Of a stretch of 64,000 nucleotides of DNA, positions 45,100 through 55,160 are shown one piece after another; within the stretch, counting starts at the first letter, position 1; each line of letters begins with the position of its first letter. Made by a program: the position numbers and the translations under genes. Origin of the DNA: a virus. Taxonomy: Duplodnaviria; Caudoviricetes. The notes beneath the pieces were generated by a model that saw only the letters and a program-made list of their open reading frames with translations, searched no databases and was not told the origin of the DNA. The stretch is from positions 1-64,000 of the IMG/VR virus record IMGVR_UViG_3300032225_001322; one strand, written 5' to 3'.

Positions 45100-47049
45100 T
45101 TAGGATTGTGGAGCATTTTGGGCCGCATTTGCCCGAGAAAAACCAAATCTATTAACAAATTTAGTTATTCCGCCCGGATGAGCTATTACCCAGCCTTCTT
45201 GCCCAGGATGCTGACGGTCTAACTGTTGTAGCATATCCATCTTGATATTATGTAACAATACAAAGGCTGTAAATGCCGCACTCATTCCGTCCATATTACT
45301 TCTTGGGCTTTGTAAGTATTCTACGATATTATTATATTTTCGGGGAGTTACTTTAGTCTGTAACCACTTGCCAAATCCTGGCAATAATGTTGCCGGGTCA
45401 AAATCTGCCACAGAATCATCTTTAACTAGACTATTGATATAATCAACGCATAGTCTTGGCAAATCACTAATTTGTAGTTGACGCAGTTCGGCAGGATTAA
45501 ACAATGTATTAATAGCTATTCCACTACTGCTTACTAAACTTTTCAATTGTTTAACTAGACTACTATCTGTAGGTTTGACATTTTCTTTAGGAGAGATAGG
45601 TTCGATTAATAACAGACCGGGAACTGAGTTTAGATTAACTCGACCCAGTGGTTCTTTACCGGCACCTTGCTCTTTATAATAGGTGTGTATAGCAATACCC
45701 ACATGACTGCCAGCAATTTCTTCGCCTAATTTAGAGCTAGCTGGAATATTATATTCTACAGTATTGGGTTTGAATACAAAAGCCCCAGATACTTCGGGTG
45801 GTGTTGTAATATACAATAAATCGCCCTGGATATAACCTTTAAAATCTTTTGGAGTTGCTGCTTCTAACATGGGCCATAATGTTTGATAGATAGGGGCTAG
45901 TTGAGCTACCCGATTAGCGGATTTGCCCTGGGCTTTTGCTTCGGTATCGCGATTAGCTAAATGTTGTGTGATTTGTTTTGAGCTGGTAAACATGCCATTG
46001 TAGCCCACAGCGCCAAACCCTGCTACATCAGTTAATACAAAAGTGCCGTTAGGTTCGCGCCCAAACACCACCGCAGGTTTGCCGTCCCACTTAACTGTAA
46101 CCGATGATTTTGTGTTATCTTTAAGATGTTCAATGACCGCAAGTGCTTCCTTAATACCTGCGGTTCCTTTTCTAAATACTAAATCCTCAATATGTTCGAT
46201 GCCTTTGGCTTTACCGCCTTGTACTTCTATATTTTCAATTAGTTTTTCCATACCTTGATTGACAATACGGTCACGCAAGCGGGCTAGGAAATGTACTTCT
46301 GTATAAAGTTCTGTACTTGTATTTTCAAAAAATGGAGTTCCAACTCTTTCAAAGTGTGATCTAGCATCCGCTAATTTTTCATCTTTTTTAGGATCGTTTT
46401 TTAATGCCTGGACAATGTTTTCCACAGAGGTAAGATCTTTCTTTGTTGCTCCGGGAGTGAGTAATAATTTAGCGATCTTGTCGGGATCCGTTTCAACTAC
46501 TTCTTCATTAGCGCGATTGATAATACCACGACGCATGTCTAATTTATAACCAAATGCTTTAGCTAGTGAATTTACCACTACAGCTCTATCTTGACCTGAA
46601 AATTTTGAATTTGGCGACGCTTGTAAAAAGAATTGTCCTACTCCCATGTCTTTCATAAACATAAAATCAGTCTGTACATACCCTTTATTTGGATTACCGC
46701 CTATCGGTGTCTTAAAGTGTACTTGACCGCCTGCGTTTTTAACATATTCTTTTGGATCTAATTTATGACTATTACACCATTGGGTTAACTCTGCTACTAG
46801 TTGTTGTTGGGTGATTTCGTTAGCATTGACAGCTAAATCAAGATCTCCAGATGTAGGTTTCTTACCTGAACTACCCAACCAGCGTTCTGGATATCCAGTA
46901 TCAGGATCTATCTCGCCCCGCAAGTCAAGATCAGTTAATTGTTCTAGCCAGTCTACAGTAATAGCAACATCTGCTTGATTTATTCTTTGGGTTAAGGCTT
47001 GTTTATCATTGTTCTTAAAAACATTGCCGCCTTCTTTAATTAAATTCAT
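45100..47049 (-). CDS. fusion of Pol-beta-type nucleotidyltransferase and ATP-dependent ligase-like domain
   Basis: N-terminal LGSSG....SGDLDL...QTDF; C-terminal TVKWDG, QGDLLY, EGWV and KFV. Confidence 0.6.
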   Translation of the reverse strand: MNLIKEGGNVFKNNDKQALTQRINQADVAITVDWLEQLTDLDLRGEIDPDTGYPERWLGSSGKKPTSGDLDLAVNANEITQQQLVAELTQWCNSHKLDPKEYVKNAGGQVHFKTPIGGNPNKGYVQTDFMFMKDMGVGQFFLQASPNSKFSGQDRAVVVNSLAKAFGYKLDMRRGIINRANEEVVETDPDKIAKLLLTPGATKKDLTSVENIVQALKNDPKKDEKLADARSHFERVGTPFFENTSTELYTEVHFLARLRDRIVNQGMEKLIENIEVQGGKAKGIEHIEDLVFRKGTAGIKEALAVIEHLKDNTKSSVTVKWDGKPAVVFGREPNGTFVLTDVAGFGAVGYNGMFTSSKQITQHLANRDTEAKAQGKSANRVAQLAPIYQTLWPMLEAATPKDFKGYIQGDLLYITTPPEVSGAFVFKPNTVEYNIPASSKLGEEIAGSHVGIAIHTYYKEQGAGKEPLGRVNLNSVPGLLLIEPISPKENVKPTDSSLVKQLKSLVSSSGIAINTLFNPAELRQLQISDLPRLCVDYINSLVKDDSVADFDPATLLPGFGKWLQTKVTPRKYNNIVEYLQSPRSNMDGMSAAFTAFVLLHNIKMDMLQQLDRQHPGQEGWVIAHPGGITKFVNRFGFSRANAAQNAPQS

Positions 47050-48083
47050 TGGCCAGTTACCGCCGTAATTAATTTGTCTATAGTATCGGATCCAGTTTTT
47101 GATTTTACTACTTCTTTATTTTGTGCCATTCGTTGTTGTAATTTTGCAATTGCGTCTGGAGTAATACCTAATTGATTGGCTGCTTGTTGTTGTGTATAAG
47201 AAGCTGCGGATATACTTGATTGATTGTACGATCCTTGCCCTGCTCCAAGTGCGGCTAGTGCTACAGTAGCATATTCTTCAAAGGCCGCGTCTACTGCTTT
47301 AGTATTGCCTTTGGCCATTACAATTTTTTGAAAAAGTTGATCTAATTGTCTTTGAGTAGTTGGATCTATATTCTCTATGCCAGGAATATGCTGACTAATC
47401 CATTTTTGGAAATTTTTTTCTTCTATATCTTTTTTCCCAACTGCTTGTGTCGGTTGAACTGGGGCTACAGGTGCGTTTCGATTTTGAGATCGTTGAGCCA
47501 AGGAGCCTTCTCTAATTCCCGATAGTGGGCCCATCTGTCTATTTTGTGCCGCTATATTTTGTTGCGTTTGAGAAGTATATGGCTGTGTTGTAGTATTAGG
47601 TTTAACCGGTTGAACTGGAGCGACTGTTTTTTGTTGAATAAATTTCTTGGCCGCATCTGGATTCTTTTGATATTGAACATCGGGACCAGTATCAAACTCT
47701 TGGTCAAATGCCTTGACTAATTGTGCTATTTTTTGTTTAGCTTTTGGGTCTCGTTTAGCTAGTTCTAATTTTTGATCTAAACTTAGTTCACCTCGTTGGT
47801 TAGCACCGCGTACAGATGCGCCAACTTCCTTATATTGGTCACCTAGAGCTTTTTGATTTTTTGCGTTTATTTGTTGTCTAATCGCATTAGCTTGTGCTAA
47901 TGCCGACACATTTTGTGCCTGTTGAAATTTGCTTCCACTAAATGGATGTTTTATTGCATTTACCGCTGTATTTTTAGTTGAAGTAACAGCTTGGCCTAAA
48001 GAAGAGGCTTTGACCGATTGCTTAACAGTATCCAATAGCCCTTCATCGGTGCGCTGGCGCTTGGTTATTTCATGAATTTGCAT
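47046..48083 (-). CDS. probable head-packaged Gln-rich protein
   Basis: MQIHEI N-terminus; DEG and IREG sites. Confidence 0.6.
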   Translation of the reverse strand: MQIHEITKRQRTDEGLLDTVKQSVKASSLGQAVTSTKNTAVNAIKHPFSGSKFQQAQNVSALAQANAIRQQINAKNQKALGDQYKEVGASVRGANQRGELSLDQKLELAKRDPKAKQKIAQLVKAFDQEFDTGPDVQYQKNPDAAKKFIQQKTVAPVQPVKPNTTTQPYTSQTQQNIAAQNRQMGPLSGIREGSLAQRSQNRNAPVAPVQPTQAVGKKDIEEKNFQKWISQHIPGIENIDPTTQRQLDQLFQKIVMAKGNTKAVDAAFEEYATVALAALGAGQGSYNQSSISAASYTQQQAANQLGITPDAIAKLQQRMAQNKEVVKSKTGSDTIDKLITAVTGQ

Positions 48084-48318
48084 CAGTTTTCCTCACAGAG
48101 CGAGTAAACTTTTCTGGGTTACGAAGTCTAATCGCATTAATTAATTTGCGTGTAAGGTTCTCTGCTTGATCTGCTGGGTAGTTTTCGTCGATTTGTTCCA
48201 ATAAACGAATGGCACTAGCAATAATATTAGAGGCACGATTTTCGATCACATGACGCTGATCGCGCTCGATATACATACTATCTAATTCTTCTAATAAACT
48301 ACGGGTTTTCTTTTGCAT
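48070..48318 (-). CDS. hypothetical protein
   Basis: RSLLEEL...IENRA; TAAATA upstream. Confidence 0.7.
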   Translation of the reverse strand: MQKKTRSLLEELDSMYIERDQRHVIENRASNIIASAIRLLEQIDENYPADQAENLTRKLINAIRLRNPEKFTRSVRKTDANS

Positions 48319-48370
48319 AATTGCCAGAACCTTTTTATTATTTATTACAATTTAAATTATAGTCTGGCTT

Positions 48371-49774
48371 TTAATTCTGTTTAATTTGCCCCAATAATGC
48401 CTTTAATTTACTACTTTGTACTTCTGCTGTAATTTTTCCGATTTCTCCAGTATCAGCATCAATAGTTTCCCCGCCGCTAACTTTAGATTGTGTTTTAATA
48501 TTATCATAAATGTTAGCTTTTCTAAATGAATTTACTGGAGTGGCTTCTTCGGGTAAGTCAGTAATACGCATGGTTTCAATATTGTAGTCCAGTTCAACTT
48601 TTTGCCCTGTGCCGTTAGAAGTACGAGTTTTCATACATTGTAATTGATAGCGTCCACGCTCTTTCATGGCACGACTTGTAAAGATACCAAATACATTATC
48701 TGCGGTATTAATCTTAGAAATACCACCCGAAATATGACTATGATCAAATTCAATTTCTTCCACAGCCGCACGATTTAATTGCGAAGCTGTTACTAATAGT
48801 ATATTAAGCTCTTTTGCTAAATTGCGTAATTCTTCTGAAACATATTTGTCTTTAACAAACAAATCGTTAGGACTAACTTTAGCTGAAACTGGCATTAATA
48901 AGTCTAAGTAATCAACCATTACAAAATCAATTTTGATACCCGTTTGAACTTGTACTTCTTTTAAATAACTCCGCACATCATTGATATTACTTTGTGCTGG
49001 CAATGCCTTAACTCGATATTGCCCTGCTTTTTTGCCAAACATTTTAATCTTTAATTCAGCAGTTTCTAAATCTTTACGGATATCTTTAGTCGACATACTA
49101 GACAGCATAGCATCAGTACGCAATCCAACTAATTCTTCACTAAGCTCTAAACTAATATATGCGCCACTAAGCCCTTGCTCTAACCAGCTAATAGCAATAT
49201 TCATCATGACCAAAGATTTACCAGAACCAGATCCACCAGCAAAAATATTAAGTTCTCCGCGACTGAACCCGCCATAAAGAATCTTATCTAAACTTGGCCA
49301 GCCAGTGCTTACTTGCCCACCACTGTTAAAATATTTGTCATTGCGGCCTCTTGGATCAGCAAAATAGTCTGTACCCATGTCTTTTTGTAGACTAATTTGT
49401 ACTGCGTCTTTGATTAATTTTTCTACAGGCGCAAATTCGCCTTTGTCCAACATATCGTATGATTTAAGAATTGCTCTACTAAGTTCTTCTTTTTTAGTAA
49501 AACCTTCAAATTCTTCCATAAACCAATCTAAGTTACCGTCCGGTAAGTCTGGAAGAGTTTCTAATTTAGACCCAGTGGCGGCATTAATTTGTTCTAATAT
49601 AGGAAGTGATCCATGCTCTTCGTAGTGAGTTTTTACAAAATCTGCCGCCGCTCGTAAACTGCGATCAAAGTTTTCTGGGTTATAGATATTTTGAACACGG
49701 ACAAATGATTCAGCATCGCTGAGCATCATTTCTAAAAATAATTTTTGTACTTCGATACTATAATCTTTTAACAA
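48371..49774 (-). CDS. replicative DNA helicase (T4 gp41/DnaB-like)
   Basis: STGW..LD..L.GG, GGSGSGKS, VDYLDL and TASQLNR. Confidence 0.95.
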   Translation of the reverse strand: MLKDYSIEVQKLFLEMMLSDAESFVRVQNIYNPENFDRSLRAAADFVKTHYEEHGSLPILEQINAATGSKLETLPDLPDGNLDWFMEEFEGFTKKEELSRAILKSYDMLDKGEFAPVEKLIKDAVQISLQKDMGTDYFADPRGRNDKYFNSGGQVSTGWPSLDKILYGGFSRGELNIFAGGSGSGKSLVMMNIAISWLEQGLSGAYISLELSEELVGLRTDAMLSSMSTKDIRKDLETAELKIKMFGKKAGQYRVKALPAQSNINDVRSYLKEVQVQTGIKIDFVMVDYLDLLMPVSAKVSPNDLFVKDKYVSEELRNLAKELNILLVTASQLNRAAVEEIEFDHSHISGGISKINTADNVFGIFTSRAMKERGRYQLQCMKTRTSNGTGQKVELDYNIETMRITDLPEEATPVNSFRKANIYDNIKTQSKVSGGETIDADTGEIGKITAEVQSSKLKALLGQIKQN

Positions 49775-50738
49775 GTTGCTTCCTTTTTATTTCAATTTTA
49801 TATTTGTTAGTTTCTCTGGCATTTAATATAGTTAGTAGAGTTGCTACCTTACCCATACGAATTATAGCATCATTTACATCTTTGACACCCGCCGGCCATT
49901 CAGGGATACTAACACCCCACCCTAATTCTATTGCTCTATTTACTAATGTCATTCCAGCTTGATCCTGATCTGGAACCACAGTAATATTTTTACCTAAACT
50001 TTTAATTACCTGGACTTGTGTATCGTTAATATCGTTGTGTAATACTGCTAGTCCATTAATAGCAAGTGCGTCAAATACTCCTTCTACTACGATTAAATGT
50101 TCCCAATTATCTTTTTGTAAGTCAACCCCAAATACATAACCTTGTTGTGTATCTGATATAAATTTAGGTTGTCTGCTATCAATAAATCTAGATGTATTTC
50201 CTACCATTACACCTTTATGAGTAAACGGTATTACAATACGCTTACTTGATCTTCCTTCGGCATTTGGACTTACCATATATGGATAGCCTAAACAATCAAT
50301 ACATCTACCTTCCAAGTATTCAATATACGGGAAATGCTCGGGATTGTCAATATCTATAAGTTCCAAATCAGCTGGTAAATCTCGCTCTTCGAATTCAACT
50401 GCCTTAATTTGAGTCTTTTGATTCTCTATCAAACCATTCATAGTCCGATGTCTTAGACTTTCGATATTAATTGCTTCGATACTTTGTTGATCTACTCCTA
50501 ACCATTCTAATAATTTACGAGCTTTAAATGATAAATTACGACCTAAAATAAAACTAGCGGTATAGCCACAATTAAAACAATGATAACTCCACCCGCTTTC
50601 TGCGTTAGGTTTAAGGCCGCCACGCTGTCTTTTATCTTGACTATCGCCTCTATGAACGCAACACGGTGCGTTGAAAGATATCCAGCCAGAGCTAGTATGT
50701 TTTCGTTTACTAGGAAGAAAGGAAATCACATCAATCAT
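49758..50738 (-). CDS. DNA primase (T4 gp61-like)
   Basis: Zinc finger ..HCFNCG; TOPRIM VEGVFDA, PDQD.AG and KDVND. Confidence 0.92.
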   Translation of the reverse strand: MIDVISFLPSKRKHTSSGWISFNAPCCVHRGDSQDKRQRGGLKPNAESGWSYHCFNCGYTASFILGRNLSFKARKLLEWLGVDQQSIEAINIESLRHRTMNGLIENQKTQIKAVEFEERDLPADLELIDIDNPEHFPYIEYLEGRCIDCLGYPYMVSPNAEGRSSKRIVIPFTHKGVMVGNTSRFIDSRQPKFISDTQQGYVFGVDLQKDNWEHLIVVEGVFDALAINGLAVLHNDINDTQVQVIKSLGKNITVVPDQDQAGMTLVNRAIELGWGVSIPEWPAGVKDVNDAIIRMGKVATLLTILNARETNKYKIEIKRKQLVKRL

Positions 50739-50776
50739 GCTACGATTATAGCAGATTCAAACAATAAAATCAACGT

Positions 50777-51925
50777 TTAACGGTAGAGTATATTGGTAAT
50801 ATAGCCAGTTGAGATGATTGGGAAAGCACCTTGCTGGGCCGGTGGCACCGGGTAAGCAAGTTGGTTAACGCCGCCAGACGGTATAGGCCAGTAGCCAGAT
50901 CCGCCATTGATGATATTAAATCCAGTGACAGTCCCGTTGACATCAATAGTAGAAGTAACTCTAGCGCCCGAACCGTTACCTACAATATCAACTTGGGGTG
51001 GAGCCAAATATCCGTATCCGCCATTTTGTATAACGATATTGGTGAGCACTCCTTCATTACATACCGCATAAGCAGATGCCGGAACACCAGGAGGATTTGG
51101 TGTGGAGAAAAGACTATTATTAAAACATAATCTTAACAATGGATACCAACCAACTACGTTCATATAAATTGTTCTTGTTTCGTTGTAGTAGGTTGTTGAT
51201 TCAGTAATGTTATACCAAATGCTTTCGTAGTTTTGAGCAAATTGCGCTTTAATTGTTCCTGTATATCCAATCAAATCCATTTGTATTGTTGTGATATAGT
51301 TTCTTGGCTCGATAAAACTTGAATAAAATTCTGTATTTTGATAGTTATTATTATACCAACTACCATTGCCGCCGTAATACCAGTTACCTGCCCAGCCTGG
51401 ATATTGTTCGTAACCTGCTCCGTCGAGACTTGTTTGTGAGCTTAGGCTAGTGGTAGGGATTGTAAGTGGAACGCTAGGCACAAATTGTGGGAATACTGAA
51501 TTTACTAAATCAATCGGGGCACGAGCACCGGCTTGGGCGTTAGTAAATACTGCTTGATTTAAGACACCACTTTGAACGCTGATAGAATAACTTGCTGGTT
51601 GAGCAATTAATTCTAAAGTATCTTCCGCAGGAATAGAAACTTTAACTTGTCCAGTGGCAGCATTAAGGATTGTCATTGGTGCTTGTAATAACAGTACGGT
51701 TCCCGCTGTATTTGTAATGCGGAAAGTAAAAGTAGAGCCGTTTACATTAACAGGTTTTTCGTCCTGGTTAACAAAGGAAAACAGGAGTACATTATCTACT
51801 CCTAAATTAAGGGTTAGTCGTTTAGCGTACACTGGGTCGTACCTTGCTGTGAAGAATTGCCCGCTTGAATCTATCAGGAGTACCTGTGTTCGTTGCTGGT
51901 AAAGGTAAGCGGTAGTTGAATACAT
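50777..51925 (-). CDS. virion structural protein (BppU-like N-terminus, G.GY repeats)
   Basis: NQDEKPVN..G..F.F ... G.V.V.I; NGG.GY repeats. Confidence 0.65.
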   Translation of the reverse strand: MYSTTAYLYQQRTQVLLIDSSGQFFTARYDPVYAKRLTLNLGVDNVLLFSFVNQDEKPVNVNGSTFTFRITNTAGTVLLLQAPMTILNAATGQVKVSIPAEDTLELIAQPASYSISVQSGVLNQAVFTNAQAGARAPIDLVNSVFPQFVPSVPLTIPTTSLSSQTSLDGAGYEQYPGWAGNWYYGGNGSWYNNNYQNTEFYSSFIEPRNYITTIQMDLIGYTGTIKAQFAQNYESIWYNITESTTYYNETRTIYMNVVGWYPLLRLCFNNSLFSTPNPPGVPASAYAVCNEGVLTNIVIQNGGYGYLAPPQVDIVGNGSGARVTSTIDVNGTVTGFNIINGGSGYWPIPSGGVNQLAYPVPPAQQGAFPIISTGYITNILYR

Positions 51926-51995
51926 ACATATTATTTAGCGATATTTAACGATATATTTTTATACCATAAATATTCCAAATGATAACTATTATTAG

Positions 51996-52373
51996 ATGAA
52001 CGCAGAAATTTTTACAAAATTAACCGACAAATACCCGTTTATAACGCTATGTCTCTACGCCTCCCAGGAATATGTAGGAATTATACAAAATCGCGATGAT
52101 GCTATTACCACTATCTATGATTTCGGAAGTATAACAGATTTAGAAGCAAAAAAATTATTCTTAGAATTAGCTAATATTTGGTGGTGGGAAAGTAACAGAT
52201 CTATTCCTATTAATATCTATTTAAAACAGGAATGGGATCCATTTAGAGGTTACCTGCGTACATTTATCAACAAAGATCTTGAAATTCTACATGGCCCAGT
52301 TTGTAGTTTAGCTGAAATGGGTCGCAAAAAATCTAAACGTAAAAGTATTACTTTAGTTCGCCGGATGGACTAA
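51996..52373 (+). CDS. conserved hypothetical protein
   Basis: YPF...EYVGIIQN ... WWWESNR.IPIN; TAAATA upstream. Confidence 0.75.
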   Translation: MNAEIFTKLTDKYPFITLCLYASQEYVGIIQNRDDAITTIYDFGSITDLEAKKLFLELANIWWWESNRSIPINIYLKQEWDPFRGYLRTFINKDLEILHGPVCSLAEMGRKKSKRKSITLVRRMD

Positions 52374-52935
52374 TTTCATCCAATAAATTCATATGTAATG
52401 CTACCAATGCCGCATATGAAATTGAATGACTATGTTTAAAAATAAATCCTTTACTGTCGTCCCCGTTCCATACAGATTCAAAGATTTCACTCCAGGGCTT
52501 GTTTTGTAAGTGTGCTTTGCCTGGTCTAATAATAGCAATAAAAGCCGCCATTCTAGGAATTGAATCGGGCTTCATCTTCGTTAGTAAATCAGTATAGTTT
52601 CCAATATGGGCTAATTGTTTTGACCACTCTAGATCAGTGTATAATCTTTCCCACGGCGGTTCTTTAGTCAACATTTCTTGATAATGTTCTGGACTTTTAA
52701 TTAGCTGATAAACTGACATATTCAGTAAATCAATTTTAAAATAACCGCGAGCTTCAGCTTCTTCGTAATCAATAGCAGCACATTGATTGACTGGATCGTA
52801 TGGAATGTCTGTAACATAAACGCCAGAATTATGTCGACGAACTTGACCTTGATAAAGTTGTCGTGCGGGTATTGCTTGAATAAGTTTTAAAACTTGTTCT
52901 CGGTCGGCTAAATCGATATCAATATCTGCGCTCAT
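52348..52935 (-). CDS. miniature DNA polymerase III alpha (DnaE) catalytic-core protein
   Basis: DIDID, H.SGV, G.FKIDLL, A.IRPG and F..SH..SYA motifs in only 195 aa. Confidence 0.8.
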   Translation of the reverse strand: MSADIDIDLADREQVLKLIQAIPARQLYQGQVRRHNSGVYVTDIPYDPVNQCAAIDYEEAEARGYFKIDLLNMSVYQLIKSPEHYQEMLTKEPPWERLYTDLEWSKQLAHIGNYTDLLTKMKPDSIPRMAAFIAIIRPGKAHLQNKPWSEIFESVWNGDDSKGFIFKHSHSISYAALVALHMNLLDEISPSGELK

Positions 52936-53312
52936 AATACTAGTATAGCAATTATTCCAATATATGTCAAATAATGTAAACCTTGGTCAGCACCGAACCA
53001 TACCCAAAATTTACGATCAGCGGGAGTTAGTCCGCGACTTAAATTTGTTTTTGCCCAATCAATATGATAATGGATCAGGCCATCTAATATACCGAGTATG
53101 ATGGCAAACATATGAGCTCCTATATCCCAAGGAAAAATTATTAGTAATACAATAAAAGTTCCAAGAGCGTGCATGGCGGCATGATTGCGGCCGCCCGGAG
53201 CCATATATATGCCTTTATCTTTGAACATATTTTCATTTTGTAAAACAAAATCGCATACAAAATGTTTGATACCAAATAGTGCTAACAATATGCAAATGAT
53301 TTCCATTACCAA
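52932..53312 (-). CDS. DUF3307-like membrane protein
   Basis: KHF..DF.LQ, H...H, HYHIDW.K and DQ.LH. Confidence 0.8.
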   Translation of the reverse strand: MVMEIICILLALFGIKHFVCDFVLQNENMFKDKGIYMAPGGRNHAAMHALGTFIVLLIIFPWDIGAHMFAIILGILDGLIHYHIDWAKTNLSRGLTPADRKFWVWFGADQGLHYLTYIGIIAILVL

Positions 53313-53980
53313 CCTGCTTTCTGTAATAACTCTTGTGCTTCTATACGATTAGCCGGATCGTCTTTTAATTTTTTAGTCCACACATCAGGATCTATATACG
53401 GCCATACCATTGCTTGATGTTCAGTACTCATTTCAGATAAAAATCTTTGTCCCGATTCACAATTATATAATATCCAAGAACTAATGCGACCGTTGACTAT
53501 CGAATTTGTTATAGTATTGTGATTCCCGTAACGCAAATAATCTTGTGACGGTGCTTCCTTTTCCTCGGCCCAATCTAATGCGTGTTCTAAACCTCTAGTC
53601 AACGCATCCTCCATTCGTTCCACTTTAAGATAAAACAAAAGGTATTCGGTGTATAGATTGTCACTACACCAATAATCTAATTTTTTATTTTGTTTTAAAA
53701 CCCATTCTGTAAAACGAGCTGGATTAATGACTTTAGTGTTTACACAATATCTACCAAATTTTACAAATGCCTTATAGTATGGGCTTTCACAGAAATCATC
53801 GTAGGTTTTTAATTTAGCTGATCCTTGTGTGAGTTCATAAAATTTAAGATATGAATTGAATCCAAGTCTAACCCCAGCTTCGTCTTTTTCTTGCCTACGA
53901 CGTCTTGGCTCACAAGAATGCACAGTCAAAGAAGATTCTTTGATAAAATTCTTCTTACAATACTGGCAAGTGTAACTCAT
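53306..53980 (-). CDS. hypothetical protein with N-terminal zinc finger
   Basis: CQYC..F.....L..H.C. Confidence 0.7.
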   Translation of the reverse strand: MSYTCQYCKKNFIKESSLTVHSCEPRRRRQEKDEAGVRLGFNSYLKFYELTQGSAKLKTYDDFCESPYYKAFVKFGRYCVNTKVINPARFTEWVLKQNKKLDYWCSDNLYTEYLLFYLKVERMEDALTRGLEHALDWAEEKEAPSQDYLRYGNHNTITNSIVNGRISSWILYNCESGQRFLSEMSTEHQAMVWPYIDPDVWTKKLKDDPANRIEAQELLQKAGW

Positions 53981-54213
53981 TCTTCTGGGTTGATGGCAAA
54001 ATTGCGTTCTAATTTTTCTCTCTTAATATAAGTTACCGACTCTGCTGGGGTAGTATTTGGATTTAAAAACAACGGTAAAAGTCTAGCGACTTCATTAGCT
54101 GTAATATTCTTAGTAGGTTTGTATCTCCATACAGTACCGTCATCTAAGACAAACTCTACTTGATTAAAGTCTAGTTTTGTTGCATCCTTCTCTTTTGAAA
54201 AAAACCATTTCAT
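53977..54213 (-). CDS. hypothetical protein
   Basis: ATGA overlaps on both sides. Confidence 0.6.
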   Translation of the reverse strand: MKWFFSKEKDATKLDFNQVEFVLDDGTVWRYKPTKNITANEVARLLPLFLNPNTTPAESVTYIKREKLERNFAINPEE

Positions 54214-54656
54214 TTTTTATTCTCCTGTCCTGATAATTTTAAGTAAACATCTATATCTTTTTTAGTATTGATTTTAGCCATAAGTTCTATCTCATCGTCT
54301 TTCATATGTGGATATAATTCTGCTATCTGTTTTTTAAGACTTCCTGCTCCGGGTTCTTTTTTCTTTGTTGCTATCCAATTATGACGAAATGTCCCCATTC
54401 CTGGACTCACAGTAGTTGCCATTAGCCATTGAAGTTTAGGATGTTTGTGTAAGGGAAAGAAATTCTTATTAAGTCTTTCATTGGCAGAAATAAGATAAAA
54501 TTCTTGTAAATCTCTGCCGCCGCTTACACAGCTACCATATCTAATCATTAGGAATGTAGAAAACTTTTTGCGTTCTTCGTCGGTTAGACTATCGTAAAAA
54601 TCGCGATTCTTGCGATCAAATTGTGTCATTTCATTGCTGATACTTAATTTGTCCAC
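54210..54656 (-). CDS. clamp loader small subunit (T4 gp62-like)
   Basis: F..FLM.RY.S ... N...N...HP.LQW ... H.WI pattern; replication cluster. Confidence 0.6.
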   Translation of the reverse strand: MDKLSISNEMTQFDRKNRDFYDSLTDEERKKFSTFLMIRYGSCVSGGRDLQEFYLISANERLNKNFFPLHKHPKLQWLMATTVSPGMGTFRHNWIATKKKEPGAGSLKKQIAELYPHMKDDEIELMAKINTKKDIDVYLKLSGQENKK

Positions 54657-54659
54657 GAA

Positions 54660-55160
54660 TTAAAATGCCTTATTATAATCTACTACTTCGCAGGTACGAC
54701 TAATATCTTTGACAAAATAAACACATTCTGGCTCTTTGCCATCACCTAATGGAACACATAACATCTGTCCATTTTTAAGTTTAGGAGCATACCATGCTAC
54801 ATCCTGATATACATCTAAAATTTCTACATCAAGAAAACTTGGTCTAAAACTTGTGATTGGATTGAACTGAAATGCTTTAAACCCGCGATCATTAAGTGCC
54901 GACAACGGGATCACTTCTAAATCGCCAAAGTCTGGTTCGCCTATTAATAATTGCCAATCAACTGGCATACGAACTTTATGGTTTCCAATTTTTAATACCA
55001 GCGCAGGAGCATTAAAACTTTCTAAAAAGATCAGTGGAATATAATGGTAATCTGGATCTTGTGGATTAGAATTATCTAAAATACTAAAACGCATATCATC
55101 TATCTCTTCAGGAAGATGATCTAAATCGTACGGTTCGTTGTCTAAAGTTAATATTCTCAT
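54660..55160 (-). CDS. conserved hypothetical protein
   Basis: 166-aa ORF with its own sigma70 promoter. Confidence 0.7.
   Translation of the reverse strand: MRILTLDNEPYDLDHLPEEIDDMRFSILDNSNPQDPDYHYIPLIFLESFNAPALVLKIGNHKVRMPVDWQLLIGEPDFGDLEVIPLSALNDRGFKAFQFNPITSFRPSFLDVEILDVYQDVAWYAPKLKNGQMLCVPLGDGKEPECVYFVKDISRTCEVVDYNKAF

Noticed and set aside
52348-52935. dnaE pseudogene
   Set aside because: All catalytic motifs are kept in one frame with internal compaction and coupled start/stop, which argues for a functional mini-protein rather than decay
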